This document shows, piece by piece, positions 21,381-31,547 of a stretch of DNA of 64,000 nt (its first letter is position 1; every line of letters starts with the position of its first letter). The stretch spans positions 288,001 through 352,000 of the forward strand of contig CAWIAD010000001.1 in assembly GCA_963833985.1 (NCBI GenBank). The letters run 5' to 3'. The notes under the pieces were generated by a model that was given only the letters and a program-made list of their open reading frames with translations, was not told the DNA's origin and ran no database searches. The translations under genes were made by a program, and so were the position numbers. This DNA comes from an uncultured Planctomycetaceae bacterium. Its GTDB lineage: Bacteria; Planctomycetota; Planctomycetia; Isosphaerales; Isosphaeraceae.

Positions 21381-22310
21381 CGAGCCGGGGCGATAAATCG
21401 GCCGAGCGTACAGGTCAGTATAGGCGTCGGCCCGGAGGTGTGAAAGCAGATGATGGCCGCGGCGGCGCTGCCGCTCGGCACGCAGGGCGGCGAGGTCGAT
21501 CGGGCCGACCACGATCTTCTCGCCCGGACCCGGGTCGGCCTGGGCAAGGATCCGGCCGTCGTAGTCCACAACCATGCTGCCGCCGGGCCAGGAGAAGGGC
21601 GGGTAGTTCGCGGCGCTGGCGCCCTGATTGGCCGCCACCACGTAGGCGAAGTTCTCCACGGCCCGCGCACGATTGAAGAGCGTCCACCAGTCCAGTGGAG
21701 GCGTGGCTCCCCAGGGGTCCATGTAGGCCGAGACCCGGATCAGCACCTCGGCACCACCAAGGGCCAGCGCGCGGATGGCTTCGGGAAAGAGCCAGTCGTA
21801 GCAGATGGCCGCGCCGAGGCGGCCGATCTCGGTGTCCACCACGGGGAAGAGCGGCTCGTCATAGCCGGGCAGGTCATGCGGGCTGGCGTGCAGCTCCCAG
21901 GGAATCCAGGGGTTGACCTTCCGGTAACGGGCCAGCAGACCGTCGGGCCCGATCAGGCAGGTGGTGTTGAACACGGTGCCGGGCCAGCGGCCATCGACCT
22001 CCAGGAACGTGCCGGTCTGAATGTAGACCCCGCGCTGGCGTGCCTTGCGGTGGTACGCGTCGGTATGTTCGCTGGGAATCGGAACAGCCAGGCGGTCGGC
22101 CAGCTCGGCGACGGTCGCGTAGATGGGCGCGGCGTGGGCGAACTCGGGGAAGACGATCAGCTTCACATCGAAGAAGGGCTCGTACCCGACGACGGCCCGG
22201 TCCACCATCTCCAGCAGGTTGCTCACGCGCCCGGCGATCTCGTCGCGGTGCCGCGGGCAAGACAGGTCCGTCTGGCAGGCGGCGGCGTAGTAACGTTCCG
22301 TGTGCGACAT
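21369..22310 (-). CDS. Nitrilase/carbon-nitrogen hydrolase
   Basis: E-K-C triad: VFPE, RYRK, ICYD. Confidence 0.92.
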   Translation of the reverse strand: MSHTERYYAAACQTDLSCPRHRDEIAGRVSNLLEMVDRAVVGYEPFFDVKLIVFPEFAHAAPIYATVAELADRLAVPIPSEHTDAYHRKARQRGVYIQTGTFLEVDGRWPGTVFNTTCLIGPDGLLARYRKVNPWIPWELHASPHDLPGYDEPLFPVVDTEIGRLGAAICYDWLFPEAIRALALGGAEVLIRVSAYMDPWGATPPLDWWTLFNRARAVENFAYVVAANQGASAANYPPFSWPGGSMVVDYDGRILAQADPGPGEKIVVGPIDLAALRAERQRRRGHHLLSHLRADAYTDLYARPIYRPGSRST

Positions 22311-22330
22311 GCGATGTGGCGGGTGCAGCC

Positions 22331-23230
22331 CTACTCCTGGTTTGTGGCGTGCAGAAAGGCGGAGAGGGCAATGTCTGGCTTGCGTCTGGGATCATTCAGC
22401 CGCAGGAAGACGTCGGCCGCCCGGCCGGTGCGTCCGGAGAGGAACCATTCGGCGCCAAGCACAAGCCAGGCGTCACGATCGTCGGGGTGTACCTGCAAGT
22501 GCGATTCGAGCCGCGACAGACGCCGCGCGAAGTCTCCGGGCTCACCGTAGACCGCCTGGATGTCGGGGGCCTTCGCCATCCAGCCAGGTTGAGCGGTCTC
22601 GGCCTCACGCAGCCGCGCAGCCGCCTCGGCGTACTGCTCCCGGACCAGGGCCACCTGGGCCAGCCCGACCAGCGGTGCGGCCGAACTGGGATCGAACCGG
22701 GTCGCCTGGAGATAACGCTCTTCGGCCTTCTTGACGTTGTTACCCCGGAACAGGCGGTTGCCGATGATCACAAGCTGAGCAGACCGGTTGGTATCTTTGG
22801 CACGGGACGGCGGATCTACCTTGTCGGCGGCAGGGCGCCTGGCGACATCGGGAAACCAGCCCGGGGGTGGCGGCGGCGCGACCGGGCCACGCTCGAAGAC
22901 CACCGGCCCGGGTCGCATGATCGGGCCGAAGCCTCCTGGCACGTAAGGAGGCATGGGCGGCACGAACACCAGCTCTCCGCCCGGCACTCCGACGGCATAG
23001 TAAGGGAGCCAGTAACCGGACCACCAGCCGACACCTCCCACCGCCAGGCCGCCCACCCCCTGGGTTCCCGAGACGTGGCTGGCACCGTTGCCAGCGACCG
23101 CCACGCTGCCGGTAAGCGCCGCGGAACTGGACCCCCCGGCGTGCTGACCGGAGTGCTGGGCCCGGGCCGCCGGAGGAACGAGGATGACAGCCAGAATGCA
23201 TCCGCTAGCTAGCCGAGGCAGCATGCACAC
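22331..23230 (-). CDS. Secreted Pro-rich TPR protein
   Basis: Signal-like N-terminus, Pro-rich linker, TPR-like PDDRDAWLVLG. Confidence 0.7.
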   Translation of the reverse strand: MCMLPRLASGCILAVILVPPAARAQHSGQHAGGSSSAALTGSVAVAGNGASHVSGTQGVGGLAVGGVGWWSGYWLPYYAVGVPGGELVFVPPMPPYVPGGFGPIMRPGPVVFERGPVAPPPPPGWFPDVARRPAADKVDPPSRAKDTNRSAQLVIIGNRLFRGNNVKKAEERYLQATRFDPSSAAPLVGLAQVALVREQYAEAAARLREAETAQPGWMAKAPDIQAVYGEPGDFARRLSRLESHLQVHPDDRDAWLVLGAEWFLSGRTGRAADVFLRLNDPRRKPDIALSAFLHATNQE

Positions 23231-23392
23231 GACGCCAAGCTCCTTATCAAGCGGATCGGGCGTAGGGAGCTCCCCTGGTCATTATGATCAACTCGTACTT
23301 GAAGGGAAATGGGATTTTCGGACCGGTTCGCGGTCAATGGTGCGGGACCACGCGCGCCACCTCAGACTAAATCGCTCCCCGTAAGAGGGAAA

Positions 23393-23447
23393 GTGTGGAA
23401 CGGCCGCCCTCGGCCGTCCTGAGCCAGCCGAGGGCGGCTGGCCCACA
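23393..23447. repeat. REP-like inverted repeat / possible terminator
   Basis: GCCGCCCTCGGC ... GCCGAGGGCGGC 12-bp stem just downstream of the kinase stop. Confidence 0.55.
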
Positions 23448-23468
23448 TTCCAAGAGGCGACGATCTAT

Positions 23469-26400
23469 TTAGCGCCGCCGATACCCGGCGGTGGAGCGCG
23501 GGGTGATTCCCTGGAGGGAGAGGTCGGCGCCGACATCGAGCTGTGGCCGCCAGGGGTGGTAGCCGGGATCGAGAATGAGGTCGCCCGGCTCGACGCGACC
23601 CGGCTTGAGCCGCTCCCTGAGACGGACGCTGGGAAGGTTGGAGCCGGCGCGAGGGCCGGTGATCTCGGACTGGTGGTTGCTCCCCCAGAAGTTGACCCAC
23701 TGGAAATTGACGTCGAGCAGGCGAGTGGAGAGGGACTCGTCCATGGCCGCGGTGAACCCGTCAACGTCAGCGGCGTCGCCGTTTCCCTGCCAGAAGAGAG
23801 TTCCATGGGCCATCGCTTCCTCATCCACGCGGAGCAGCACGGTCGTCGAGACGCGGCGGTCATAGCTGCTCAGGAACGCGCAGGAGCTGGAGGTGACCAG
23901 CCAGGGCCGCTCGGGGCCCGGAGCCTGACCGTTCCACGCACCCAGGCGAATGATGTTCGCCTCGGAGCTGAGCGTGCAGTGGTCCAGCACCAGGTCGGCC
24001 TCGAGCGAGCCGTTGCCCGAGGTGGAAGGATCCAGGACGATGGCGTCGGTGCCGGCAGCCAGGGCCGACTGGGTCAGTGCGACAAGGCCCCGCCCCAGGC
24101 TTGCCTGGAGGGCGCTGGCGCGGGTGATCAGCGTGCTCTCGACAACCAGGCACACGGCGCGATCGGGCGTCGTGACGAAGAGCCCGGAGCCAGCGGCCCG
24201 GGTCCGTGCGGCCTCGGCCGTGGACGAGAACTTCACGAGTACCGGAGTGCGCGCGACCGCTTCCGGAGGCGCGGTCAACTGGCAGCGGTGCAGCACCAGG
24301 TCGCCCTCGGCGACGTCGATGAGGGCGTCCACCGCGGCGCTCTCATCGGCCCGCAGCCGGACCTGCGAGAGCAAGAGCGCGCCGCCGTGAACCTCGAAGA
24401 GCGCGTGCCCGTGAGACTCGGCCTGTGGCGTCCAGGAAAGCGGCTCCTGGTCGCGCAGCGAACCGGGCTCGGCGTGGATCTCCAGGACCAGTCCGTCGCG
24501 CAGCCGGATGGGAGACGAGCGCCGCGCTCCCGAGCCCTTGACCCGCACCCGCACGTGCTTCGCGTCCTCTCCGAGCCTGTCGTGCAGGAACGCTCCAAGG
24601 TCGCCGTGCCACGGTGCCGCATCCGCATCGAACGGTAGCTCGACCACGCCGGCATCAGGCGCGGATGCGTTCGCGGCAGCGTTTTTCCAGGCGGCCGCCG
24701 GGGGCCGGTGCTCACGTCCCTGGAAACGAATGGAAGGGTCGGTCGCCACCTGCGGGAACCCCGTGATCCGGGTACCCGAGAGAGTGACCGGGAAGGGAAT
24801 CTCCGGTGCGGGAAAGTTCCAGAGCGTCTTGGCGGTCAGGAACGCGCGCGGCGTGGCCGCCCGGGATAGTGCTCCCTCGCGGCCGGGAACGAACGGGCCA
24901 AAGTCCGCCGGGATCGCCTGGCCGAGGTGCGTCGGTTGCGGCCAGGGTGCCAGGATCTCGCGGCTTTTCAGGTCGCTGCCGTTCCACGTGGAACGAAGCT
25001 CGGAAAGGCTGGCAAGACGTAGGGTCTGCTCCGGACCGCTCGCGTAGTAGCCCTTCCAGCCGCAGAACAGATTCTGTTGCCCGAGCCAGTCGAATTGCTG
25101 GCGCGGGCTTGCGCTGGCATTCTCGGAGAAGAGGATGCAGGCGATCCCGGCCCCCTGGAAACGGCCGAATACCGAATCGAAAGCTCGGATCACCATGGGC
25201 GAGGTGGGACGAGCGGGCTCGCTCTCGCTGGCCGATCGCCACTCGAAGGCCGGCCCGCGGCTGGCCAGCACGCTGCCAACGACCGAGAACCTCTGCTCGC
25301 CCCGTCGCGCCGGGTCGATCGCGCGAACCAGCGGTCCCTGACTGCCCAGGAAGACGGTCTCCCTGAGCGCCACGTCGACGGCCCCCTTGCCCAGGTCGAA
25401 GCCCGAAGTGACATACCCGCGGATGAGCGTCTTCTCGAACCGGATTCGCGATCCGCGTGCAGCGGCGCCATCGGCACGCACCAGGGTGAACGTCTGGCTG
25501 GCCGCGTTGATCAGCGTGAAGGTGCAGTTCCGCACCGTGAGGGAGGCGCCTGTGCAATGGAAGAAGGCGGTCTGAGCGGCATTCAGGTCCCTGACGTTGA
25601 CGATGAAGTCGAGCGAGTCCAGCACGAGATTCTTGCCGTCGAGCACGATGATTCCGGGCAGCGACCAGACGGCCTCCAGGTTGGGCCGGTCAATGCGGAT
25701 GATGGGCCGGAATCCCGGTCGCGCACGCACCAGCCGCGTCTCGCCGGGAATCCGGAAGTCATTGATGGGGAAGGGCCCCTCGTCGGCGATCTCGACGGTC
25801 CCCCGTGTCTCGTTGAGCGCCTGCCGCAGCGAGGGGAGTACGGACGGCTCGCGCGCCGCCGCGGCGACCCGGCGAACCACGACCAGCGGCCCTTCGACTC
25901 GCTCGGGCACGGGTGCCAGGGCCCAGGACGGAAGGTACTTCCTGAGGGTTTCCTCGGTATAAGCGGTGATTGCCGGTGGAGGCGGAGCGGGTGCGGGCGC
26001 GGACGGAGCGGGTACCGGCGGCTCGGCCGCGGCCGCGCGCTCGACGGGCCTCACGTCCACGGGCCTGAGGGGGGCGGCGGGAACCGGTTGCGCGCGGGCC
26101 ACGACCGGCGGCGGCGCAGGTGCTAGCTGCTGTGAGGTGCTGGCGGAACCGGGCTCAGGCACATCAGGGCCGATCGGCGCATCCGCAATCACCGGGACCG
26201 GCGGGGCGGACCGGACGCAGCGGTCGATCACAATCACCAGGAGCACGAACGAGGCGCCAATCGCCACACAGAGCGCGACCCAGGCCGAGGCCGAGAGCGG
26301 CGACTGGCGCGAGCCGTCTGCCCGCAGTGGGTACACGAAAGAATCGCCGGCCACGACCATTGCCCCGCGTCGCGGCAGCGGAACGAGCGCCTGGTTTCCG

Positions 26401-27461
26401 GGTGCGGAGGGACGCCGGCCGGAGCTGGCATCCGGCAGGAGCTCCGGGGGCAGGCTTGCCAGCGAGATCTCGGGAACCGACGAGGGCGGCCGTGTCTCGG
26501 AACTGTCCAGGAGGATCTGCACTCCCTGCCGCGGCTGGCGGATCTCGGGCGGAGGCGAGCCGCTGGGGTCGATCGGCGCAAGCGCGACACCCGGTGCCTG
26601 GGCTTCATCCTTGAGCCGCAGCCGGTCCATCTCCTCGATCAGTGTGTCAAAGCTGGCATAGCGTTCGTCGGTCTTCTTGGCCATCATGCGCAGCATGATC
26701 CGGGCCAGGCTCTCGGGCACGTCGGGCCGCAAATCACGGACGTTGGGGGGTGCCGAGCGGGCATGCCGGGTCAGCTTGTCGGTGATGTCACCGCCGGGAT
26801 AGGGGGGCACGCCCGTGAGCAAGTAGTAAAAGGTGCAGCCCAGCGAGTAGATGTCGCTCTGCACGCTGGCGGCGCGGCTGTCCCGGGCCTGCTCCGGTGC
26901 CATGTAATCGACCGTGCCGACCGTCGTTCCCTCGCGTGTGACGCGCTGGTCCTCGAAATCCAGGTGCAGGGCCAGGCCCAGGTCGGTGATCTTGATTTCG
27001 CCCGTCTTGCTGCGGAGGATGTTCGAGGGCTTGATATCGCGATGGACCAACCCGCGGTCCGCGGCGAACCGGAGCCCCTCGGCAACCTGACGAATGACCT
27101 GGACCGCCTCGGCGGCACTGAGCGGCCCCCGCATCTGCACGTACTCATGCAGGTCGCACCCCTCGACGTACTCCAGCACCAGGTAGTGCCGTCCCTGATC
27201 CACGCCCCGATCGTAGATCGAGACGATGTTGGGGTGTTCCAGCGACTCGGCGATCCGGGCTTCGCGCAGAAAGCGCTGAAGCACAATCGGGTTCCTGGCC
27301 ATGCGCGACGGCAGCACCTTGAGCGCAACCTCGTGGCCCGAATCGACGTGCACCGCACGGTACACCGAGCTCATGCCGCCCGCGCCAAGCGGATGCAGGA
27401 CCCGGTAACTGCCGTACTGGGTGTCGCTGAATTCGGGAGGTTCCGGGATCGATTGCTGCAT
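23469..27461 (-). CDS. Membrane Ser/Thr kinase with a large C-terminal beta-helix-like region
   Basis: GAGGMS, VALK, HRDIKPSN, DLG, YMAPE; one TM; Pro-rich linker. Confidence 0.92.
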   Translation of the reverse strand: MQQSIPEPPEFSDTQYGSYRVLHPLGAGGMSSVYRAVHVDSGHEVALKVLPSRMARNPIVLQRFLREARIAESLEHPNIVSIYDRGVDQGRHYLVLEYVEGCDLHEYVQMRGPLSAAEAVQVIRQVAEGLRFAADRGLVHRDIKPSNILRSKTGEIKITDLGLALHLDFEDQRVTREGTTVGTVDYMAPEQARDSRAASVQSDIYSLGCTFYYLLTGVPPYPGGDITDKLTRHARSAPPNVRDLRPDVPESLARIMLRMMAKKTDERYASFDTLIEEMDRLRLKDEAQAPGVALAPIDPSGSPPPEIRQPRQGVQILLDSSETRPPSSVPEISLASLPPELLPDASSGRRPSAPGNQALVPLPRRGAMVVAGDSFVYPLRADGSRQSPLSASAWVALCVAIGASFVLLVIVIDRCVRSAPPVPVIADAPIGPDVPEPGSASTSQQLAPAPPPVVARAQPVPAAPLRPVDVRPVERAAAAEPPVPAPSAPAPAPPPPAITAYTEETLRKYLPSWALAPVPERVEGPLVVVRRVAAAAREPSVLPSLRQALNETRGTVEIADEGPFPINDFRIPGETRLVRARPGFRPIIRIDRPNLEAVWSLPGIIVLDGKNLVLDSLDFIVNVRDLNAAQTAFFHCTGASLTVRNCTFTLINAASQTFTLVRADGAAARGSRIRFEKTLIRGYVTSGFDLGKGAVDVALRETVFLGSQGPLVRAIDPARRGEQRFSVVGSVLASRGPAFEWRSASESEPARPTSPMVIRAFDSVFGRFQGAGIACILFSENASASPRQQFDWLGQQNLFCGWKGYYASGPEQTLRLASLSELRSTWNGSDLKSREILAPWPQPTHLGQAIPADFGPFVPGREGALSRAATPRAFLTAKTLWNFPAPEIPFPVTLSGTRITGFPQVATDPSIRFQGREHRPPAAAWKNAAANASAPDAGVVELPFDADAAPWHGDLGAFLHDRLGEDAKHVRVRVKGSGARRSSPIRLRDGLVLEIHAEPGSLRDQEPLSWTPQAESHGHALFEVHGGALLLSQVRLRADESAAVDALIDVAEGDLVLHRCQLTAPPEAVARTPVLVKFSSTAEAARTRAAGSGLFVTTPDRAVCLVVESTLITRASALQASLGRGLVALTQSALAAGTDAIVLDPSTSGNGSLEADLVLDHCTLSSEANIIRLGAWNGQAPGPERPWLVTSSSCAFLSSYDRRVSTTVLLRVDEEAMAHGTLFWQGNGDAADVDGFTAAMDESLSTRLLDVNFQWVNFWGSNHQSEITGPRAGSNLPSVRLRERLKPGRVEPGDLILDPGYHPWRPQLDVGADLSLQGITPRSTAGYRRR
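24980..24995. promoter_or_regulatory. parS-like site
   Basis: Perfect 16-bp palindrome CGTTCCACGTGGAACG. Confidence 0.7.
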
Positions 27462-27724
27462 GCACTTCCCCGTCGAAACACCCGGACGTGGTTTCTGGTG
27501 GCTTCAGGTGCCATGGCGGTCCCGGAGAGGGGGTTCGCCACGCCCGTATCAGAGAAAGGATCGCAGAGGCCGACCGGCTGCTTCGGTCGCCGGGCATGAC
27601 ACCCCGCAAATGGGTTGAAGCCCGACATCCTTCAATAATCTTACACCCGTATGCAGGAATTGGGACAGGCCCCGGACATTCACGGTTGCTGTCCACCCGG
27701 GCAGGTGTCGTCCGCGGAGCCAAT

Positions 27725-28540
27725 CTAGAGGACCCGAAGGTGCAGTCCGCCATCGACATGAATCACCTCCCCGGTGGAGAAGGGCAGGTTCCCCGCGGCC
27801 AGGGCAGCGACCGTCCGGCCCACGTCGGCGGGCAGCCCCCAGCGGCGAATGGGAGAGATCCCGGCCGCGATCCTCGCATCATAGGCGGCGTGCACCGGCT
27901 GCGTCATGTCGGTATCGATGAGGCCGGGTCGAACCTCGTAGACGCGGATGCCGGCAGCCGCCAGGCGAACGGCAAAAAGCTGCGCAACCATGCTCAGCCC
28001 GGCCTTGGCCACGCAATACTCGCCCCGGCTGGTACTGGCGAACGTGCTGGAGATGGAAGTGATGAAGACGATCTGCGGCTCCACGACAACCGCTTTCTCG
28101 ACGAGACCGGCCATGGCCGCAGCCACAGCCTGCGTCAGGAAGAAGGGCCCGCGCAGGTTGGTGGAAAGCACGCGATCCCAGCTCTCTGGCGTCGTCTCCA
28201 GCAGATCGAGCCGGGATGCCGGAGCGACCCCGGCATTGTTCACCCAGAAGTCCACCCTCCCGAATCGGTCCAGGACCTGACCGAGCAGCCGCTGGCCTTC
28301 GTCGAGACTGGACACGTCCGCCTGAAACTCGGCCGCCTGGCTGGCTCCCAGCTCCAGGGCATCCCGGCAGCAGTCGCGCGCGGAACCTGAATCGGCACGG
28401 AAATTCACAGCGATGGAGAACCCCAGCCTCGCCAGCTCGCGGACAATCCCGCGGCCGATCCCGCGGCCCCCTCCCGTGACTACGGCCACGCGCTCGGGTA
28501 CCGCCGCCGAATGGGCCGGGATGTCCGAATTGTTCGACAT
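27725..28540 (-). CDS. SDR oxidoreductase (3-ketoacyl-ACP reductase-like)
   Basis: TGGGRGIG, NNAG, YCVAK. Confidence 0.92.
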   Translation of the reverse strand: MSNNSDIPAHSAAVPERVAVVTGGGRGIGRGIVRELARLGFSIAVNFRADSGSARDCCRDALELGASQAAEFQADVSSLDEGQRLLGQVLDRFGRVDFWVNNAGVAPASRLDLLETTPESWDRVLSTNLRGPFFLTQAVAAAMAGLVEKAVVVEPQIVFITSISSTFASTSRGEYCVAKAGLSMVAQLFAVRLAAAGIRVYEVRPGLIDTDMTQPVHAAYDARIAAGISPIRRWGLPADVGRTVAALAAGNLPFSTGEVIHVDGGLHLRVL

Positions 28541-28712
28541 GTCGCCTCCGGTTCAGACCGGCCGCGAAGCGGCCGAGCCTTGAAAAGGTGGTGCCCCGTG
28601 GGCCAATCGATGACGACCTGCGCCATCCAGGATACTCCAGGCCCGACGCGCAGGGCACGGCTGCTGGTCCACGGCTCCCGAGGTTCGAGCGCCTCTCCGC
28701 GTCACGGTCCGG

Positions 28713-28742
28713 TTGACAGCGCCTGGTTTTATCAACGAAAAT
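28713..28742 (+). promoter_or_regulatory. Putative sigma70 promoter for the tRNA-Arg pair
   Basis: TTGACA-18 nt-GAAAAT just upstream of the first tRNA. Confidence 0.45.
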
Positions 28743-28759
28743 AGTCATCCAGCCGGTTT

Positions 28760-28833
28760 GCGCTCGTAGCTCAGGCGGATAGAGCGGCGGTTTCCTAAAC
28801 CGCAGGTCGCAGGTTCAAGTCCTGCCGGGCGCA
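28760..28833 (+). tRNA. tRNA-Arg(CCT)
   Basis: Cloverleaf; anticodon arm GCGGT-TTCCTAA-ACCGC; GGTTCAAGTCC T-arm; CCA not encoded. Confidence 0.95.
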
Positions 28834-28891
28834 GTGGCAGCCGGAATCGACGCAGGCTCCGGTCCCGGAGGCGAGGCGTGCACCGGGTGAA

Positions 28892-28965
28892 GCGCCCGTA
28901 GCTCAGGCGGATAGAGCAACGGTTTTCTAAACCGTCGGTCGCAGGTTCGAGTCCTGCCGGGCGTA
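28892..28965 (+). tRNA. tRNA-Arg(TCT)
   Basis: Anticodon arm ACGGT-TTTCTAA-ACCGT; GGTTCGAGTCC T-arm; CCA not encoded. Confidence 0.95.
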
Positions 28966-29296
28966 GTCGGGAGCTTTGTCGCAGGGAACCGCTGGAACGC
29001 TCGGGACGACCCAGGATGCCGTCCGGCGAAGTTTTCAGCGCGCTTCATGCGGCTCGGCGATCTAGATTCTGAGTAGCGCAGGTGCGGCAGCTCGCGCCAG
29101 GAGCGCGGGCGAGAAATGGTGGAGTTTGGGCATGGAAAGCGCAGGACCGGGAGAATACGCCTGATGCGTGGGCGCTCGTGAGAGGCGCGTACTTCCGGAG
29201 ACGTGCCGGGTTGTGTTGATTGTCTGTGTAGAATACGGGGTGGGTTGGCTGGCAGGAGAGAGCTCGGCTTGATGGCCACGCGCGGTCGGCAACGTG

Positions 29297-29312
29297 GTTT
29301 TCACGTGAAACC
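29297..29312. promoter_or_regulatory. parS-like site
   Basis: GTTTTCACGTGAAACC, intergenic. Confidence 0.65.
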
Positions 29313-29413
29313 GGGGCTGGTCCCGGGAACAGCCAGGCGAGTCGTTCGGGGCGCGTGTGCCTCGTCGAACCACTACGTGCCCAGGTCCTGGCCGCCTTTG
29401 ATGGATTTGTGAG

Positions 29414-30125
29414 ATGGCAGAAGAGCGGCTGACTGAGATACCAACAAGCTGGACCACGATCAGCAGCGCCCATTCTCCGGGGCCCGCCAGTCAGAAGGCG
29501 ATGGAAGAACTGGTCGGGCGATACCACGACGCGGTGACCCGCTATATCCACCTGAAAGTCAGGGACAAGCACCTTGCCGATGAGGTCTTGCAGGAGTTCT
29601 GGACGAAGCTGCTGGCCGGCAAGCTCGCCGGGGCCGATAAGGACAAGGGCCGGTTCCGAGACTACCTGCGCACCGTGTTGCATCGGCTGATCATCGACCA
29701 CTTTCGCAGCCGCAAACTGCAACCGCTCCCGCCTGGCGACCTGCTCGACGCCTCCGAGCCCGACAAGGATTTTGATCGCGTGTGGCGCGACGCGGTGCTC
29801 AACCGGGTCTGGTCGCGTCTGGAAACCTACCAGGCCACGACTCCCAAGAACCGGTATGCGAGCGTGCTCCAGCTAAGGCGTGATTTCCCGGACGCACCCA
29901 TCGAGGAGATCACCGACCGCCTGCGCCAGACCACCGGTGCCGCGATGACCCCCGAGGCATTTCGCAAGAACCTTCAGCGCGCCCGCGCGAAATTTATCGA
30001 TCTGCTTGTCCTCGAGCTGAGAGAAACCATCCACCCGACCAGCAACGAGCCTCGTTGAGGCTGAAATCTACGATCTCGGATTAGGCTATCTTTATCGCCG
30101 CTACGCGACCCTTTCGGATCGCTGA
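29414..30125 (+). CDS. ECF-type RNA polymerase sigma factor; +1 frameshift near 30050
   Basis: ADEVLQEFW, GRFRDYLRTVL, RKNLQRARAKF; removing one C gives NELVEAEIYDLGLGYLYRRY...* ending at 30125. Confidence 0.8.
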
Positions 30126-30240
30126 AACCCGAATCCTCGAAAGTAGTTAGCGTTCTTCACATGACAGGTCGGGCGTAGCCTGCTCAGTGCAATGCCGGGC
30201 CGGGCTGCCGCGCCGACCGGCTGAAAAATCACACTGACTC

Positions 30241-30268
30241 TTGACCGCCCTCTTTCATCTTGTACATT
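30241..30268 (+). promoter_or_regulatory. Putative sigma70 promoter of csrA
   Basis: TTGACC-16 nt-TACATT. Confidence 0.45.
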
Positions 30269-30395
30269 TTAACGGAGGCGGTGTACGTTACACTGCCTTG
30301 TGAGTGCATGCAACGAATGAGGGGCTGAGTCTGCGCACAGATTCAGTGACCGGAGGGATCGCGCACCGCGCGATGAGCATCAGAGAGGAGCGGCG

Positions 30396-30614
30396 ATGCT
30401 GGTTCTCTCCCGCAAGAAGAACGAGAGCATCATAATCAACGACAACATCACGGTGACCGTGATCGAGATCCGGGGTGACAAGGTTCGTCTAGGCATCGAG
30501 GCCCCCAAGGATGTCACAGTCCATCGCCGCGAGGTCTACGAAGCCATTCAGAACCAGGCTCGCACGCTCGATCCGGGATCCAAGGTTCCTGCACCGACCT
30601 GTAAGGTTGGCTGA
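30396..30614 (+). CDS. csrA: Carbon storage regulator CsrA
   Basis: [14 protein letters not shown]...[33 protein letters not shown]. Confidence 0.97.
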   Translation: MLVLSRKKNESIIINDNITVTVIEIRGDKVRLGIEAPKDVTVHRREVYEAIQNQARTLDPGSKVPAPTCKVG

Positions 30615-30675
30615 TGCACGGGCCTTTCCGCACGGTACAGATGATGCTGCTCCGCGAACAAAAGCCCACCGCCGC

Positions 30676-31268
30676 TCATGGCGCGGGGTTGACGGTCGTT
30701 CTTTTGCTGGCCTCTGGATAGGTGGCCTTGAGCAGACGAACGAATTCGCGCATCCAGGGACCATTGTCGGGCCAGCCCCGCACGGTCACGATCGGCCCGT
30801 CCACGACCACGTCTCGATTGACGTACTCGGCGCCCGCGGCGCGGACGTCGAGCTGCAACTCGGGATAACAGGTGAGGGTGCGCCCTGGATCGGGCCGGCC
30901 GCCAGCAGCAGCAGCGGTCCATGGCAATTCGCGGCGATCGGCTTGCCGGCCTCCAGAAAATGCCGGACCGCGGCGACGGCCGCCGGACGGTTCCTGAGGT
31001 ATTCCGGGGCTCGTCCACCAGGTAGCACGATTCCCTGAAACTGCTCCGGCTGGATATCCTCGAGACCCAGGTCGGCCTCCACGCGGTAGCCAGCGCGCTC
31101 CGTGTAGGTCTCGAAGCCGGGCTCGAAGTCGTGTACCACCGAGAGGAACGCTCCCTTCCTGGGTGCCGCGATCTGCACGCTCCAGCCTTCCTCCTCCAGG
31201 CGGTACTTGGCGTAGTAAATCTCCTGAGCCTCACCGGCATCGCCGGTGAGCAAGAGGAGCTTGAGCAT
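30676..31268 (-). CDS. DJ-1/PfpI-family protein; frameshift near 30885
   Basis: GEAQE, LPGGRAPEYLR, ANCHG; one extra G joins to GRTLTCYPEL...RGWPD. Confidence 0.85.
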
Positions 31269-31402
31269 GAGCAGTTCTCCGGGCACGAGCGGGTACACCC
31301 CGACAATTTCGCGATACCTTAACGCCTCCTTGCCGGCGTTTCAACAGGTTGGCGCCGCTCCACCAGGAATCTCCGGCCGCGGCAGCGCGCCCACCGGCCG
31401 TC

Positions 31403-31432
31403 TTGACCGGGCCAGTTGCATGCGATTACAGT
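31403..31432 (+). promoter_or_regulatory. Putative sigma70 promoter of tRNA-Glu
   Basis: TTGACC-18 nt-TACAGT. Confidence 0.4.
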
Positions 31433-31446
31433 GATTCCTGCTGGAT

Positions 31447-31521
31447 GGCCCCGTCGTCTAGCCTGGTTCAGGACACATGCCTTTCACGCATGCAACACGG
31501 GTTCGAATCCCGTCGGGGTCA
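31447..31521 (+). tRNA. tRNA-Glu(TTC)
   Basis: Acceptor GGCCCCG/CGGGGTC; anticodon arm CATGC-CTTTCAC-GCATG; GGTTCGAATCC. Confidence 0.95.
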
Positions 31522-31547
31522 CTCGCTTCACGCCGTCGCGCCGGAAA

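Noticed and set aside
28966..29413. Integrated element or ncRNA downstream of the tRNA-Arg pair
   Set aside because: No integrase, no duplicated tRNA 3' end seen and no recognisable RNA motif
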